Position numbers and translations under genes: made by a program
The notes under the pieces: generated by a model
Database searches by the model: none
What the model saw: the letters and a program-made list of their open reading frames with translations, nothing else
What the model was told of the DNA's origin: nothing
In this document: positions 27,317-35,962 of the stretch, piece after piece
Numbering within the stretch: position 1 is the stretch's first letter
Layout: each line of letters starts with the position of its first letter
Assembly (NCBI GenBank): GCA_963662465.1
Contig: OY759599.1
Coordinates: 2,592,001 to 2,656,000, forward strand
Direction: 5' to 3'
Source: Desulfatiglandales bacterium
GTDB lineage: Bacteria > Desulfobacterota > DSM-4660 > Desulfatiglandales > Desulfatiglandaceae
Length of the DNA: 64,000 nucleotides

Positions 27317-28611
27317 TCCGGATCTTCCAATTGAATCACTTCCACCATGGCCCGGATAATCCGTGCCAGCCGATTTTTATCAATGATATAGGGCGGCATG
27401 GTATATACCAGTTTTCCAAAGGGCCTGATCCAGACCCCTTTTTCGACGAATCGACTTTGAATTTCCGCCATATCCACAACATGATTCAATTCAACCACGC
27501 CGATGGCGCCCAAAACACGCACATCGGCAACCCACGGCAACGCTTTAAGGGGCATCAGACCCGCTTTAAGCTGGGCCTCGATCCGACTCACCCGCTCTTT
27601 CCAGGGGAAGGTCAGAAGTAATTTAATGCTCGCCGCAGCCACGGCGCAGGCAAGGGGATTGGCCATAAAGGTGGGACCATGCATGAACACGCCGGGCTCG
27701 CCTGAAGAGATGCCGTCGCTGATATCCCGGGTGGTCAGAGTGGCCGCCAAGGTCATATATCCCCCGGTCAGCGCTTTTCCCACACACATGATATCCGGCG
27801 AAATACCCGCTTTTTCACAGGCAAACATGGAACCGGTGCGTCCGAAACCGGTTGCGATTTCATCCAGGATAAGGCGCACGTCAAACTCACGGGAAAGCGC
27901 CCAAACCCGACGCAGATAATGGGGGGAGTAAAATCGCATGCCCCCGGCCCCTTGAACGACGGGCTCCATAATAATGGCCGCGATTTCGCCATGGTGGCGT
28001 TCAAGAAGGGTTTTGAGGCTGATAATATCCCTTTCATCCCATGGGTCGTCATACCCGCACATGGGTGCATCCGCAAAATAATGTTTCACGAGAATGCCGC
28101 TGAAAATTTCGTGCATGCCGGTCACCGGATCGCACACGGCCATGGCGCCGAAGGTATCGCCGTGGTATCCCGATCGCACGGTCAAAAGCCGGTTTTTCTC
28201 GGGGCAACCCCGGGCCTGCCAGTATTGAAGCGCCATTTTGATCGCCACTTCAACGGAAACGGAACCGGAATCGCTGAAGAATACCTGCTGAAGCGGTTCA
28301 GGGGTCAGGTCCACCAAGAGGCGGGCCAGCTCAACGGCGGGCCCGTGGGTCACCCCCCCAAACATGACATGGGCCATTTTTTCCAATTGAACACGCGCCG
28401 CCTCGTTGAGTGCCGGATGACAATACCCATGGATGGCGGCCCACCACGAACTCATGCCGTCAATGAGACGCCTGCCGTCTTCCAGAACAAGATGCACGCC
28501 TTGGGCTTCGGCAACCGGATACACGGGAAGCGGGTCCCTCATGGAGGTGTAGGGGTGCCAGATATGCGCCCGATCAAATGCGGACAAGTCGTTATTTTCG
28601 GAGTTTTCCAT
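27313..28611 (-). CDS. bioA: Adenosylmethionine-8-amino-7-oxononanoate transaminase
   Basis: [37 protein letters not shown]; start set at MENSE. Confidence 0.96.
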   Translation of the reverse strand: MENSENNDLSAFDRAHIWHPYTSMRDPLPVYPVAEAQGVHLVLEDGRRLIDGMSSWWAAIHGYCHPALNEAARVQLEKMAHVMFGGVTHGPAVELARLLVDLTPEPLQQVFFSDSGSVSVEVAIKMALQYWQARGCPEKNRLLTVRSGYHGDTFGAMAVCDPVTGMHEIFSGILVKHYFADAPMCGYDDPWDERDIISLKTLLERHHGEIAAIIMEPVVQGAGGMRFYSPHYLRRVWALSREFDVRLILDEIATGFGRTGSMFACEKAGISPDIMCVGKALTGGYMTLAATLTTRDISDGISSGEPGVFMHGPTFMANPLACAVAAASIKLLLTFPWKERVSRIEAQLKAGLMPLKALPWVADVRVLGAIGVVELNHVVDMAEIQSRFVEKGVWIRPFGKLVYTMPPYIIDKNRLARIIRAMVEVIQLEDPE

Positions 28612-28832
28612 AAAATTTATATTACTTAAAGATTCCAGAATGAAAAATATTCCTTGATGGAAAAAGCACTCGTAACATGTCAAAGGGCCATTGTCAAACT
28701 TGAGAAAAAATATTGCGGATCGAAGCTGAAAGCCATTATAATGCGACACAGGCGCCGGCGGAACAGACCGCTTGGTCGTTCAATAAGGTTTTCTATCGGC
28801 GTAAAAGAGAACCAACAGAAAGGTTTTAACCT

Positions 28833-29918
28833 ATGGAACTACTGAACGCTTGCCATAATTCTCAACTTTTTCTACAAAATCTCATGTGCTGTTTTCAGGG
28901 AGTCATCCTCGTCACGGATGCGGGTGGAAACATCCTTATGACCAATGAAGCCGTTGAATCAGTCCTTGGCTATGCACCCCACGAACTCAACAACAAAAAC
29001 CTTTCGTTGATCTTTGCCCCTGAAGATCTGACCTATTTGTATCCCAATTTACTGCAACTGGGTCGAAAAAACCAACCATTTCAGGGCGAAATCCTTCTGG
29101 TGAAAAAAAACGGGGTCAGTTTTTTCACTTTCATCGTTTTTCGATCTTTTAATGACCACAGCCTGAATAAATCCTTTAATTTTATTTGCATCAGGGACAT
29201 TGATGCTCAAAAACAGCTTGAAAAAGCCTCCGCCGAAGCCAATCACGAAGATCTGGTAAAAGTGGCCAACGGGGTAGCCCATGAACTCAGGAATCCGCTG
29301 ATGGCCATCGGCGGATTTGTTAACAGACTGTATAATAAATGCAACGCCATCCATGAACACGGCGACTATTATGATCATATCATCACCAATCTTAAAAAAA
29401 TTGAAAACATCGTCAGAAAAGTTGAATTTCTGGCAAAATTGCCCAAGCCCTCTTTCACAATGGAAAACACGCAAAGCTTGATCCAAAAAGCCATTCAACC
29501 GTATCTTCCAATTCTTGAAAAGCGAAAAATTAATCTGAAGACTCCCGTGGACCCGACTCTTTTGAAAATGGACGGGAAACTCGTCATCAGGGTCCTCTCT
29601 ATTTTCATGGATAACGCTCTGGATGCGCTGCCTGATGACGGCAATATTGTCATTCATGGCGCAACAAATAACAACCATTGTGAAATTGAATTCTCAGACA
29701 CCGGTCGAGGCATCTCAGCCGAAGATCTTCCCTTTATTTTCAACCCATTTTTCAGCACCAAAGCAGACGGCGCGGGAATAGACCTTGCGATTGTCAAACG
29801 GATTATGGAAAGTCACGGAGGCAGTGTTAAAGTCCGTTCGGAAGAGGGTCATGGGGCCAGCTTCATCTTGCGGTTTCCCCTGGAACGACGCCGGGCCATA
29901 CGAATTTCCCGAATTTAA
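28833..29918 (+). CDS. PAS-domain sensor histidine kinase
   Basis: N-terminal PAS, AHELRNPL H-box, NALDA, DTGRGI, FNPFFSTK. Confidence 0.92.
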   Translation: MELLNACHNSQLFLQNLMCCFQGVILVTDAGGNILMTNEAVESVLGYAPHELNNKNLSLIFAPEDLTYLYPNLLQLGRKNQPFQGEILLVKKNGVSFFTFIVFRSFNDHSLNKSFNFICIRDIDAQKQLEKASAEANHEDLVKVANGVAHELRNPLMAIGGFVNRLYNKCNAIHEHGDYYDHIITNLKKIENIVRKVEFLAKLPKPSFTMENTQSLIQKAIQPYLPILEKRKINLKTPVDPTLLKMDGKLVIRVLSIFMDNALDALPDDGNIVIHGATNNNHCEIEFSDTGRGISAEDLPFIFNPFFSTKADGAGIDLAIVKRIMESHGGSVKVRSEEGHGASFILRFPLERRRAIRISRI

Positions 29919-30871
29919 AAATAAAGCGTCTCACCGTGGACAATATCAAGCAGCCTGTTTTCCATGCTTTCTTTTTTCAATTCACGCTTCAGATCTCCGA
30001 GCGGCGCATGAACCGGTTCGTCCCCCAAACGGAAGGTTCCCCAATGAACGATAAATATCTTTTCCGCGTGCAAATCTTTCATGGCCCGCACCGCTTCAGC
30101 CGGGTTCATATGGCTTTGTTTCATGAACCAGCGCGGTTCATAGGCCCCCAGACTTAAAATGGTTAGGTCGATTCCGTATTCCTCGCCGATCTCCTTGAAC
30201 CCTTCAAAATAGGCGGTATCCCCGCTGATGAAGATAGTTGGACCTGCCGCCGTGCGAATGAGATAGCTTCCCCAAAGATTTCGGTTGGGCCCGATGACGG
30301 GATTGCGCATGGTCCAGTGGTTGCAGGGCAGCAGGGTGATCAGGCGTTCTCCATCGTCAAAGGCATCAAACCAGTCCAGTTGGGTGCGGTTTTTCATCCC
30401 CATGGATGCAAACACCGCATCATAGCCCAGAGGGGTAATCACATGGGTATTCGGATGGAAAACAGCCATCGAGTCCTTGTCCAGATGGTCATAATGTCCA
30501 TGGGTGATCAACACATGGTCCGGTTTCGGCATGGTGTCGATATCAAAACCGATGGGCGTGAAATTCCGAAAGATTGGAAAGAGGCCGAAAAAGACGGGAT
30601 CAATAATTAAGGAGACGCCCTGATCCCGTATCAATACGCAGGCATGGTTGATAAAGGTTACGGAAAGCCCCTCATGACCAAGAATGGGCGCCCAATCGAT
30701 GTTGACAGGCGTAACGGATTCTTCATGGTACTGCTCCTTGAAAGGGTTTTCCGAAAGGAGTTTCCATCTCAGAAAATCAGAGAATCCTTTTTTCCCGGAA
30801 GCGGCAAAGGGATTTATAAATCGATCGTGCCCGTGATGGCGTTTTTGCCGGGCGATCTCTTTGAGATTCAT
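29915..30871 (-). CDS. MBL-fold metallo-hydrolase (NAPE-PLD/RomA-like)
   Basis: THGHYDHLD, LWGSY, GDT, GAYEPRWFM..HMNP, HWGTF. Confidence 0.9.
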   Translation of the reverse strand: MNLKEIARQKRHHGHDRFINPFAASGKKGFSDFLRWKLLSENPFKEQYHEESVTPVNIDWAPILGHEGLSVTFINHACVLIRDQGVSLIIDPVFFGLFPIFRNFTPIGFDIDTMPKPDHVLITHGHYDHLDKDSMAVFHPNTHVITPLGYDAVFASMGMKNRTQLDWFDAFDDGERLITLLPCNHWTMRNPVIGPNRNLWGSYLIRTAAGPTIFISGDTAYFEGFKEIGEEYGIDLTILSLGAYEPRWFMKQSHMNPAEAVRAMKDLHAEKIFIVHWGTFRLGDEPVHAPLGDLKRELKKESMENRLLDIVHGETLYF

Positions 30872-30899
30872 CTTTTCAAATACCGGAATCCATGAACCC

Positions 30900-32285
30900 T
30901 CATTCCAAATGGGTCAGCACCGCATCGCCATCGCCGGTCACCAGGGGGTTCTGCTTTCGGTTGACTTCCCTGCCTGCCCAGTAGGGCACTTCGTCCTGCA
31001 GGTAGGCCTTCATCTCCCCCGTTGTGATCTTCTTATCCCCGTTCTTGTCGGCCTTGCCGCCCAACCCTTTCAAAAAAAAGTAGGTAAAGAGGCTGTGGCG
31101 CTTGGCCGGATACCAGGCGCAGACCTGATCCTTGTCCGCTCCGCAAAAGACCGCGCCGTTGGCCATTTTCCGTACGGGCTGTTTACTTTTGAGCATGCCC
31201 GGACTGATTTTTTTAAACAGCGGCCCCGCAGCCGAATACCCTGAAAAACAAGCATCCAGCACCACGGTCACCTCTTTTGCGGGCAGTTTGGTAAGGATAT
31301 CGTAGAACAGGGCCAGGGAGTAGCCGTTGTTAATGATGTAATCCACCGCCGCATCCACCGGCACCAGGTAGTTGGCGCCCCCACCGGGTCCCGGGGCGCC
31401 ATGTCCCACATAATAGATAAAAACCTCGGATCGACCGCTTCGAATAAAACGATGCAGTATCCCCTCGGGATTCTCCTTGCTGCCGAAGATGTTGCGCATA
31501 TCCCCGCTTGAAACATCGGTGCGATAGATAATGTTTGCGGGATCATACCCCATGACCTGCACCAGGTATCGGCGTACCGCCACAGCATCCCGCTCAGCAT
31601 ATTTCACATCCGAAAGCCCTTTCTTTTCCGCTTCATACCGCTGGTTGCCGATGACCACGGCCACCCCGTAAGGTCTTTTAATGGCGCCGCGGGGAATATC
31701 CGTATCCACATCCACATCCACAGTCCCGGAGACCTCATTTTCCTTCAGGTAATCGTTTAAGAGCCTCTTGTAGCAGGTCGTCACCCGCCCGTCATCCGGC
31801 CATCGTTTGGCCGCTTTTTGCGCCACCTCGATGGCATTGGGAAAATCCCCGTTGGCGGCATGGGCATTGGCCAGGGTTTCAAGTATCTCCGGGGAACCGG
31901 GGTCCAGGTCCGCCGCCTTTTGGGCATGGGCAAGGGCGCCCTTTATATTGTCGCCCCGCTTGATCATCACCGATGCCAGGTTGTTGTGCCGGAGGGCTTG
32001 ACTGCCGTCCATTTTAACAGCCATCTCCAGATATTTTTGAGCCCGCGCCATATCCCCATATCCGTACCAGGCTGTCCCCAGATTGTAAGCAAACGATGCA
32101 TCCTCCGGGCAGAGACGGTAGGCTTTCAAAAAGAGATCCACCCCTCTTTTCTTGTCCTTTTTATAGGCTTCGGCGGCCTTTTCCGCCACATCCCGGGCAA
32201 CGCCGCAGGTGTCCGCCGCCTCAACGGTCCCGGCAAACAGAACCATAAGCCCGACCCCTATCAAAACAAATGTTTTCAGCGCCAT
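30900..32285 (-). CDS. Probably exported TPR plus caspase-like (peptidase C14) protein
   Basis: Start MALKT after a GGAGG RBS, signal-like N-terminus ending VEA, TPR motifs (AYNLG, HNNLA), AVVIGN..Y, catalytic YYVGHG and LDACFSG, HSLFTYFFLKGL. Confidence 0.88.
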   Translation of the reverse strand: MALKTFVLIGVGLMVLFAGTVEAADTCGVARDVAEKAAEAYKKDKKRGVDLFLKAYRLCPEDASFAYNLGTAWYGYGDMARAQKYLEMAVKMDGSQALRHNNLASVMIKRGDNIKGALAHAQKAADLDPGSPEILETLANAHAANGDFPNAIEVAQKAAKRWPDDGRVTTCYKRLLNDYLKENEVSGTVDVDVDTDIPRGAIKRPYGVAVVIGNQRYEAEKKGLSDVKYAERDAVAVRRYLVQVMGYDPANIIYRTDVSSGDMRNIFGSKENPEGILHRFIRSGRSEVFIYYVGHGAPGPGGGANYLVPVDAAVDYIINNGYSLALFYDILTKLPAKEVTVVLDACFSGYSAAGPLFKKISPGMLKSKQPVRKMANGAVFCGADKDQVCAWYPAKRHSLFTYFFLKGLGGKADKNGDKKITTGEMKAYLQDEVPYWAGREVNRKQNPLVTGDGDAVLTHLE

Positions 32286-32473
32286 CTTATCCTTTCCTCC
32301 CTGTTTACAACCGTTGGTTCCGGAAGCCCCATCCTTGTTCGCATGCTCCGCGTCCCATGGGTGTGAATTTTTCACTCGTGCATCTATCACAGTGTAAACC
32401 GAAAGATAAAAGATGCCGAATTAGAGTGTTTTTATTATTGTCTTTAAACCCTTGCCGGCGTATCATGACCCCC

Positions 32474-32650
32474 ATGAAACTCGTAAAGAGCCAACGTGAG
32501 CATCTGGGTAAATATTTCTTTGACCTGTCAAAAATCGTAGCCGGCATTTATGTTTTTACGGGCCTTCCGGATAAACCCGTGCTGTTTTTATTGGGACTGG
32601 TCATCGCTTTGATTTTCCTGCTTGTCGGCCTCATTCTAACAAAAGGATAA
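32474..32650 (+). CDS. Small membrane protein (58 aa)
   Basis: MKLVKSQREHLGKYFFDLSK followed by two hydrophobic segments; coupled to the next small ORF. Confidence 0.6.
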   Translation: MKLVKSQREHLGKYFFDLSKIVAGIYVFTGLPDKPVLFLLGLVIALIFLLVGLILTKG

Positions 32651-32654
32651 TCGC

Positions 32655-32741
32655 ATGACAGTAACATTGATTCTACTGGGCGTGGCGGTCGCCGTGCTGA
32701 TATGGGCATATAAAATCACTCGGGAACCTCGGTCAGACTAA
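32655..32741 (+). CDS. Very small single-TM peptide (28 aa)
   Basis: MTVTLILLGVAVAVLIWAYKITREPRSD; AAGGA RBS, 4 nt after the previous stop; below the ORF-track cutoff. Confidence 0.45.
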   Translation: MTVTLILLGVAVAVLIWAYKITREPRSD

Positions 32742-32930
32742 CGAAATCAGCTTATCCCGGAAGAGCCCGACTCCCCACACCCTCAAAGCGGTAAAAGCCG
32801 CGCAGGGACCTTCGCGAGGCCATCCAGCCCCGCTAGCGGCCCCGACACGGAACATCACTTTTTGCCCCGCCGCAGCGAGGACGGGATTTTCTCAGGGTCA
32901 GCGGGCCGGCATCCGCCAAGGCCCGGTGAG

Positions 32931-33060
32931 CTGAAGAAAAGGCAAGCCGAAACCCGAGGTTGTTGTTCCGGTTGCCGGGCGTGTTCCTGTTGCGATTGGC
33001 CGACCGGCAGTTCCCGGCGTTGTTGTTCCAGCCACCGCCCCGGTTCACCCGGTTCGAGCC
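32931..33060 (-). ncRNA. DGR template repeat (TR)
   Basis: 130-nt copy of the target 3' end with 13 AAY codons (GSNRVNRGGGWNNNAGNCRSANRNRNTPGNRNNNLGFRLAFSS). Confidence 0.93.
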
Positions 33061-33457
33061 TTCAGAGAAAACCCGTAGTCACGAAACTTCCGAACAAATC
33101 TTTTCTTGCTTGAAGTTGCCAAGCGAATTTTTCCCGGCAGCGTCTCATAAGTATTCAGTATGCGGCGAAACAAATCAAGGAGTTCTTTGTCCTTGAAGCG
33201 CCTTCCCAGATACCGCAACAGTATTTCATGGTCGATTGAGTTGAAATATTTGGCGATATCCAGCTTCAGATACCAGTCGAAGCACCGTGAAAACCCCTGG
33301 GCCCGCTCAATGGCCTTGCGTCCTCCCTTCCCTTTTCAGCAGGCGTAGGAATCGAAAATAGCATAGGCGTCAAGGGTTTCTTCGCAAACATTCATAATGG
33401 CGTGATGCACGGGACCCGTTCCCTAATTTTATGATAAAGGTTGCCGGTCCGTTTCAT
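33045..33457 (-). pseudogene. DGR reverse transcriptase remnant
   Basis: MKRTGNLYHKI start overlapping the HRDC gene end, RERV/frameshift/HHAIMNV, DSYAC*KGKG (TGA at 33336-33338), WYLKLDIAKYFNSIDH, RRFKD; no GLPIG..SQ or YxDD segment. Confidence 0.9.
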
Positions 33458-33935
33458 CCGTCTGCTTTACGCCTTCCGGGGCATTCCGATCACCGGCCAA
33501 GATCCCCAAAACCGCATTTCCGTATTTCTTCACCCGAGCCTCCCCGACGCCTGAAATTTCCTTCAGTTCCATTTTCGATGCGACCTTTTTCGTCGCCATC
33601 TCCGCCAATTGTCCGTTGGTAAAGACAATGTAGACCGGCACGGCCTCCTTCTCGGCAACCTGCTTTCGCCAGTCCCTGAGCTTTACAAAAAGGGCAAAAT
33701 CAGCGGGCGAAAGAATTTCCCGGTAATCCACCCGCTTTCTGCCCGCGTCTTTTGGCGATGTATCGCCGTCGGACATATATTCCACGGCCATGGTCCAGAA
33801 AGAGTTTTCGCCCTGGCTCACGAATTCCCGGTGTACGGTGAGGATGCGCTGTGAGCGTAAAAAGTGATTGAGTTCCATTTCCACTTCCCGGGTTGTCTTA
33901 AGCGGGATGGTGAAGAATTTATATTGTATGGTCAT
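33429..33935 (-). CDS. HRDC-domain DGR accessory protein
   Basis: LFVKLRDWRKQVAEKEAVPVYIVFTNGQLAEM...ISGVGEARVKKYG HRDC signature; lies between target and RT. Confidence 0.88.
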   Translation of the reverse strand: MTIQYKFFTIPLKTTREVEMELNHFLRSQRILTVHREFVSQGENSFWTMAVEYMSDGDTSPKDAGRKRVDYREILSPADFALFVKLRDWRKQVAEKEAVPVYIVFTNGQLAEMATKKVASKMELKEISGVGEARVKKYGNAVLGILAGDRNAPEGVKQTDETDRQPLS

Positions 33936-33992
33936 TGAAAACCCCTTTATGGTTCCCGGACGGGAACATGTGCAAGCTCATTTAATCACCCA

Positions 33993-34072
33993 CGCGAGCC
34001 CCCGAGATTGTGCCGATGGAATGCTTCCGGCTTCGCACGGGCATTCCAACGGCCCAATCCCCGGGGCTCGCG
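33993..34072. other. Long hairpin/cruciform immediately 3' of the VR
   Basis: Arms 33993-34024 and 34041-34072 pair at 28/32 positions around a 16-nt loop, starting 1 nt after the target stop codon. Confidence 0.85.
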
Positions 34073-34073
34073 C

Positions 34074-35189
34074 TCACTGACCTGATGAAAAGGCAAGCCG
34101 GAACCCCAGGCCGCCGCTCCGGTCGCCGGGCGTGCCCCCGCCGCGATAGGCCGACCGGCAGAGCCCGGCGAAGTCGCCCCAGCCGCCGCCCCGGTCCACC
34201 CGGTCCGAGCCCGAAGAAGGCCCTGTAGGATCAGTCACTGAACCGGAGGGATAATCGCCGTACCAGTCCTCGCACCACTCCCAGACATTGCCGTGCAGGT
34301 CATACAAGCCCCAGTTATTGGGTTGTTTCGTTCCCACACCATGGGCATATTTATCGCCAACATCCCAGGCATTTTTGTCATACCAGGCATAACTTCCGAG
34401 CTGTCCATCGCTATCCCCGAAACAAAATTGCGTGGTTGAACCGGCTCGGCAGGCGTATTCCCATTCGGCTTCCGTCGGCAAACGATATTTGTGGGTCCCC
34501 TCTTTGCCATTCAACCTCTGAATAAACGCCTTGCAATCCTCCCACGACACATAAACAGCCGGGTTGTTCGCATTTTCCTGTACATAGTCCTTGCCCGACC
34601 ATGGCCTGCTCCCCATCACCTTCTCCCACTGCCCCTGGGTCACCTCCGTGGTCTGCATGTAATACCCTTTGGTCAGGGTCACCCGGTGCTGTTTCTCATC
34701 ATTATCCCGTCCCGACTCTCCCGATGGGCTCCCCATCATGAAACTCCCCGGCGGAATATACACAAATGCCATCCCCAGGCTGTTGGTCACTTTCCCGGCG
34801 GCCACGGGCTGCACTACGACCGGTCGCACCGGCGGCGCCACCCGCACCGCCGTAAGCCCGATATCGACATTTTCGTCCTGCTCCGCCGAAAGGGTCACCC
34901 ACCGTTTTTCCGTCTCATATCCTTCCGCAGACACCTCCACATGGTATCGCCCCGGTTCCAGTTCCATCCCCTGGTAAAAGGCCGGCCCGATGTTCAAAAT
35001 CCGCACCCGCGCATTCTCGGGCATGGTCTTCACAAACAAACGGGCAGGCTTCGGCTCAGGGAGCTTCTGCTCCCACACCGGCTCGAATTTTTCAACAAAC
35101 CATGCCCGGCCGTGGGGCGTATGGAGGAAGAGGCACCCCAGGATGCAGGCAAGACTGAAAAGGGCTTTTATCTTTGATCGTTTGGTCAT
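34074..35189 (-). CDS. DGR target: signal/TM + PEGA-like + FGE-sulfatase (CLec-fold) protein
   Basis: Hydrophobic N-terminus, PGRYHVEVSAEGY, FMMGSP, TEVTQGQW, YRLPTEAEWEYACRAG, GLYDLHGNVWEWC, terminal RGGGW...CRSA...GFRL; start set at MTKRS. Confidence 0.93.
   Translation of the reverse strand: MTKRSKIKALFSLACILGCLFLHTPHGRAWFVEKFEPVWEQKLPEPKPARLFVKTMPENARVRILNIGPAFYQGMELEPGRYHVEVSAEGYETEKRWVTLSAEQDENVDIGLTAVRVAPPVRPVVVQPVAAGKVTNSLGMAFVYIPPGSFMMGSPSGESGRDNDEKQHRVTLTKGYYMQTTEVTQGQWEKVMGSRPWSGKDYVQENANNPAVYVSWEDCKAFIQRLNGKEGTHKYRLPTEAEWEYACRAGSTTQFCFGDSDGQLGSYAWYDKNAWDVGDKYAHGVGTKQPNNWGLYDLHGNVWEWCEDWYGDYPSGSVTDPTGPSSGSDRVDRGGGWGDFAGLCRSAYRGGGTPGDRSGGLGFRLAFSSGQ
34082..34211 (-). repeat. DGR variable region (VR)
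   Basis: Ungapped alignment to TR (offset 1151): 21 mismatches at TR adenines and 4 at non-A positions, 3 of them in the 3' IMH-like end. Confidence 0.93.
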
Positions 35190-35352
35190 TTTATACTCTT
35201 CTTTTCCAAAAAAGTTCTTGAGGGACGCGGAGCGTCCTGAAAGGTTCCTAATCAAATTACCATTTAAGTGAATATTCCAGAGGGAGTCAAGGAGAATGTC
35301 AACGGTCCGGGGCCGGTAAAGAGGTATCCGTTATTGCCGGCCTCCTCCCCGT

Positions 35353-35502
35353 TTTGAACACGATTCACAGGATTTAACACGATGAACAGGATTAGAAGAC
35401 GGAGGACAAACAAGTTCCTTCAGACCCCTACACCCTTTTGTTGGCCTTATCGCGGTCAATGGCAATCCTGTCCATCATTTAATCTTTTAAATCGTGTTCA
35501 AA
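35353..35502. repeat. MITE/REP-like element with ~40-bp imperfect terminal inverted repeats
   Basis: TTTGAACACGATT (35353) pairs with AATCGTGTTCAAA (35490); GATGAACAGGATT (35381) pairs with AATCCTGTCCATC (35464). Confidence 0.6.
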
Positions 35503-35583
35503 CATTATATGCTGAGGCTGTTGGGTACTGGATTGGGGATGAACGGAGATATGAAATGAACTGGGAGTTATTTTCGGAGAATT

Positions 35584-35949
35584 ATGCAAGCAAAAAGAAA
35601 TCCGAGTAATCCGGGCCGGGCGTACCTGGACAGGCTGACTTTTCTCATCCGGCACTTCGAGAACGAGAGAAGAGAACGGTTTTATCCGTTTTACCTCATT
35701 TTCAGAGGGGAGAGAAAACATCGTCGTTTCAAAGAGGCACTGAGCATCGGAAAATATTTTCTGGACCACTTGGTCCTGAACACGGAAGATGACGCGCTTT
35801 TTTTCGAAACATTAAAAAACCAGATGGAAAAGTATCAAACCACCGATACGGATTACTGGTCTTTTGCAGAGAAAACGCCGATTCCCATGCAGGATTATCT
35901 GAAAGTGATTTATGATCTGAACATTGAAAGCCTGTCAGCAAGGCAATGA
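35584..35949 (+). CDS. Hypothetical protein (121 aa)
   Basis: GGAG RBS before ATG, protein-like composition, fills the gap between two minus-strand genes; no family recognised. Confidence 0.55.
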   Translation: MQAKRNPSNPGRAYLDRLTFLIRHFENERRERFYPFYLIFRGERKHRRFKEALSIGKYFLDHLVLNTEDDALFFETLKNQMEKYQTTDTDYWSFAEKTPIPMQDYLKVIYDLNIESLSARQ

Positions 35950-35962
35950 AGAATGTGGCATA

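Larger units (their letters stand above)
32780..35189 (-). mobile_element. Diversity-generating retroelement, HRDC type, with defective RT; order target(VR)-hairpin-HRDC-RT remnant-TR
   Basis: TR/VR pair with adenine-specific mismatches, FGE/CLec target, hairpin after VR, HRDC gene and RT motifs; left boundary approximate. Confidence 0.93.

Noticed and set aside
28612..28832. BirA operator upstream of bioA
   Set aside because: Two TGTCAAA-like half-sites are direct, not inverted; no TGTAAAC-N-GTTTACA-type palindrome seen
32833..33048. 71-aa Asn-rich ORF (MNRGGGWNNNAGNC…) as a protein-coding gene
   Set aside because: It is the DGR template repeat read in the target's frame; AAC-rich, with no RBS and none of the upstream FGE fold
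33336..33338. In-frame TGA in the RT as selenocysteine or readthrough
   Set aside because: The position is normally Arg (CGA to TGA), and the gene also has a frameshift and lacks its catalytic motif
33045..33457. RT remnant as a group II intron or retron
   Set aside because: The MKRxGNLY start, DSYACRKGKG-type motif, HRDC neighbour and adjacent TR/VR pair all point to a DGR RT
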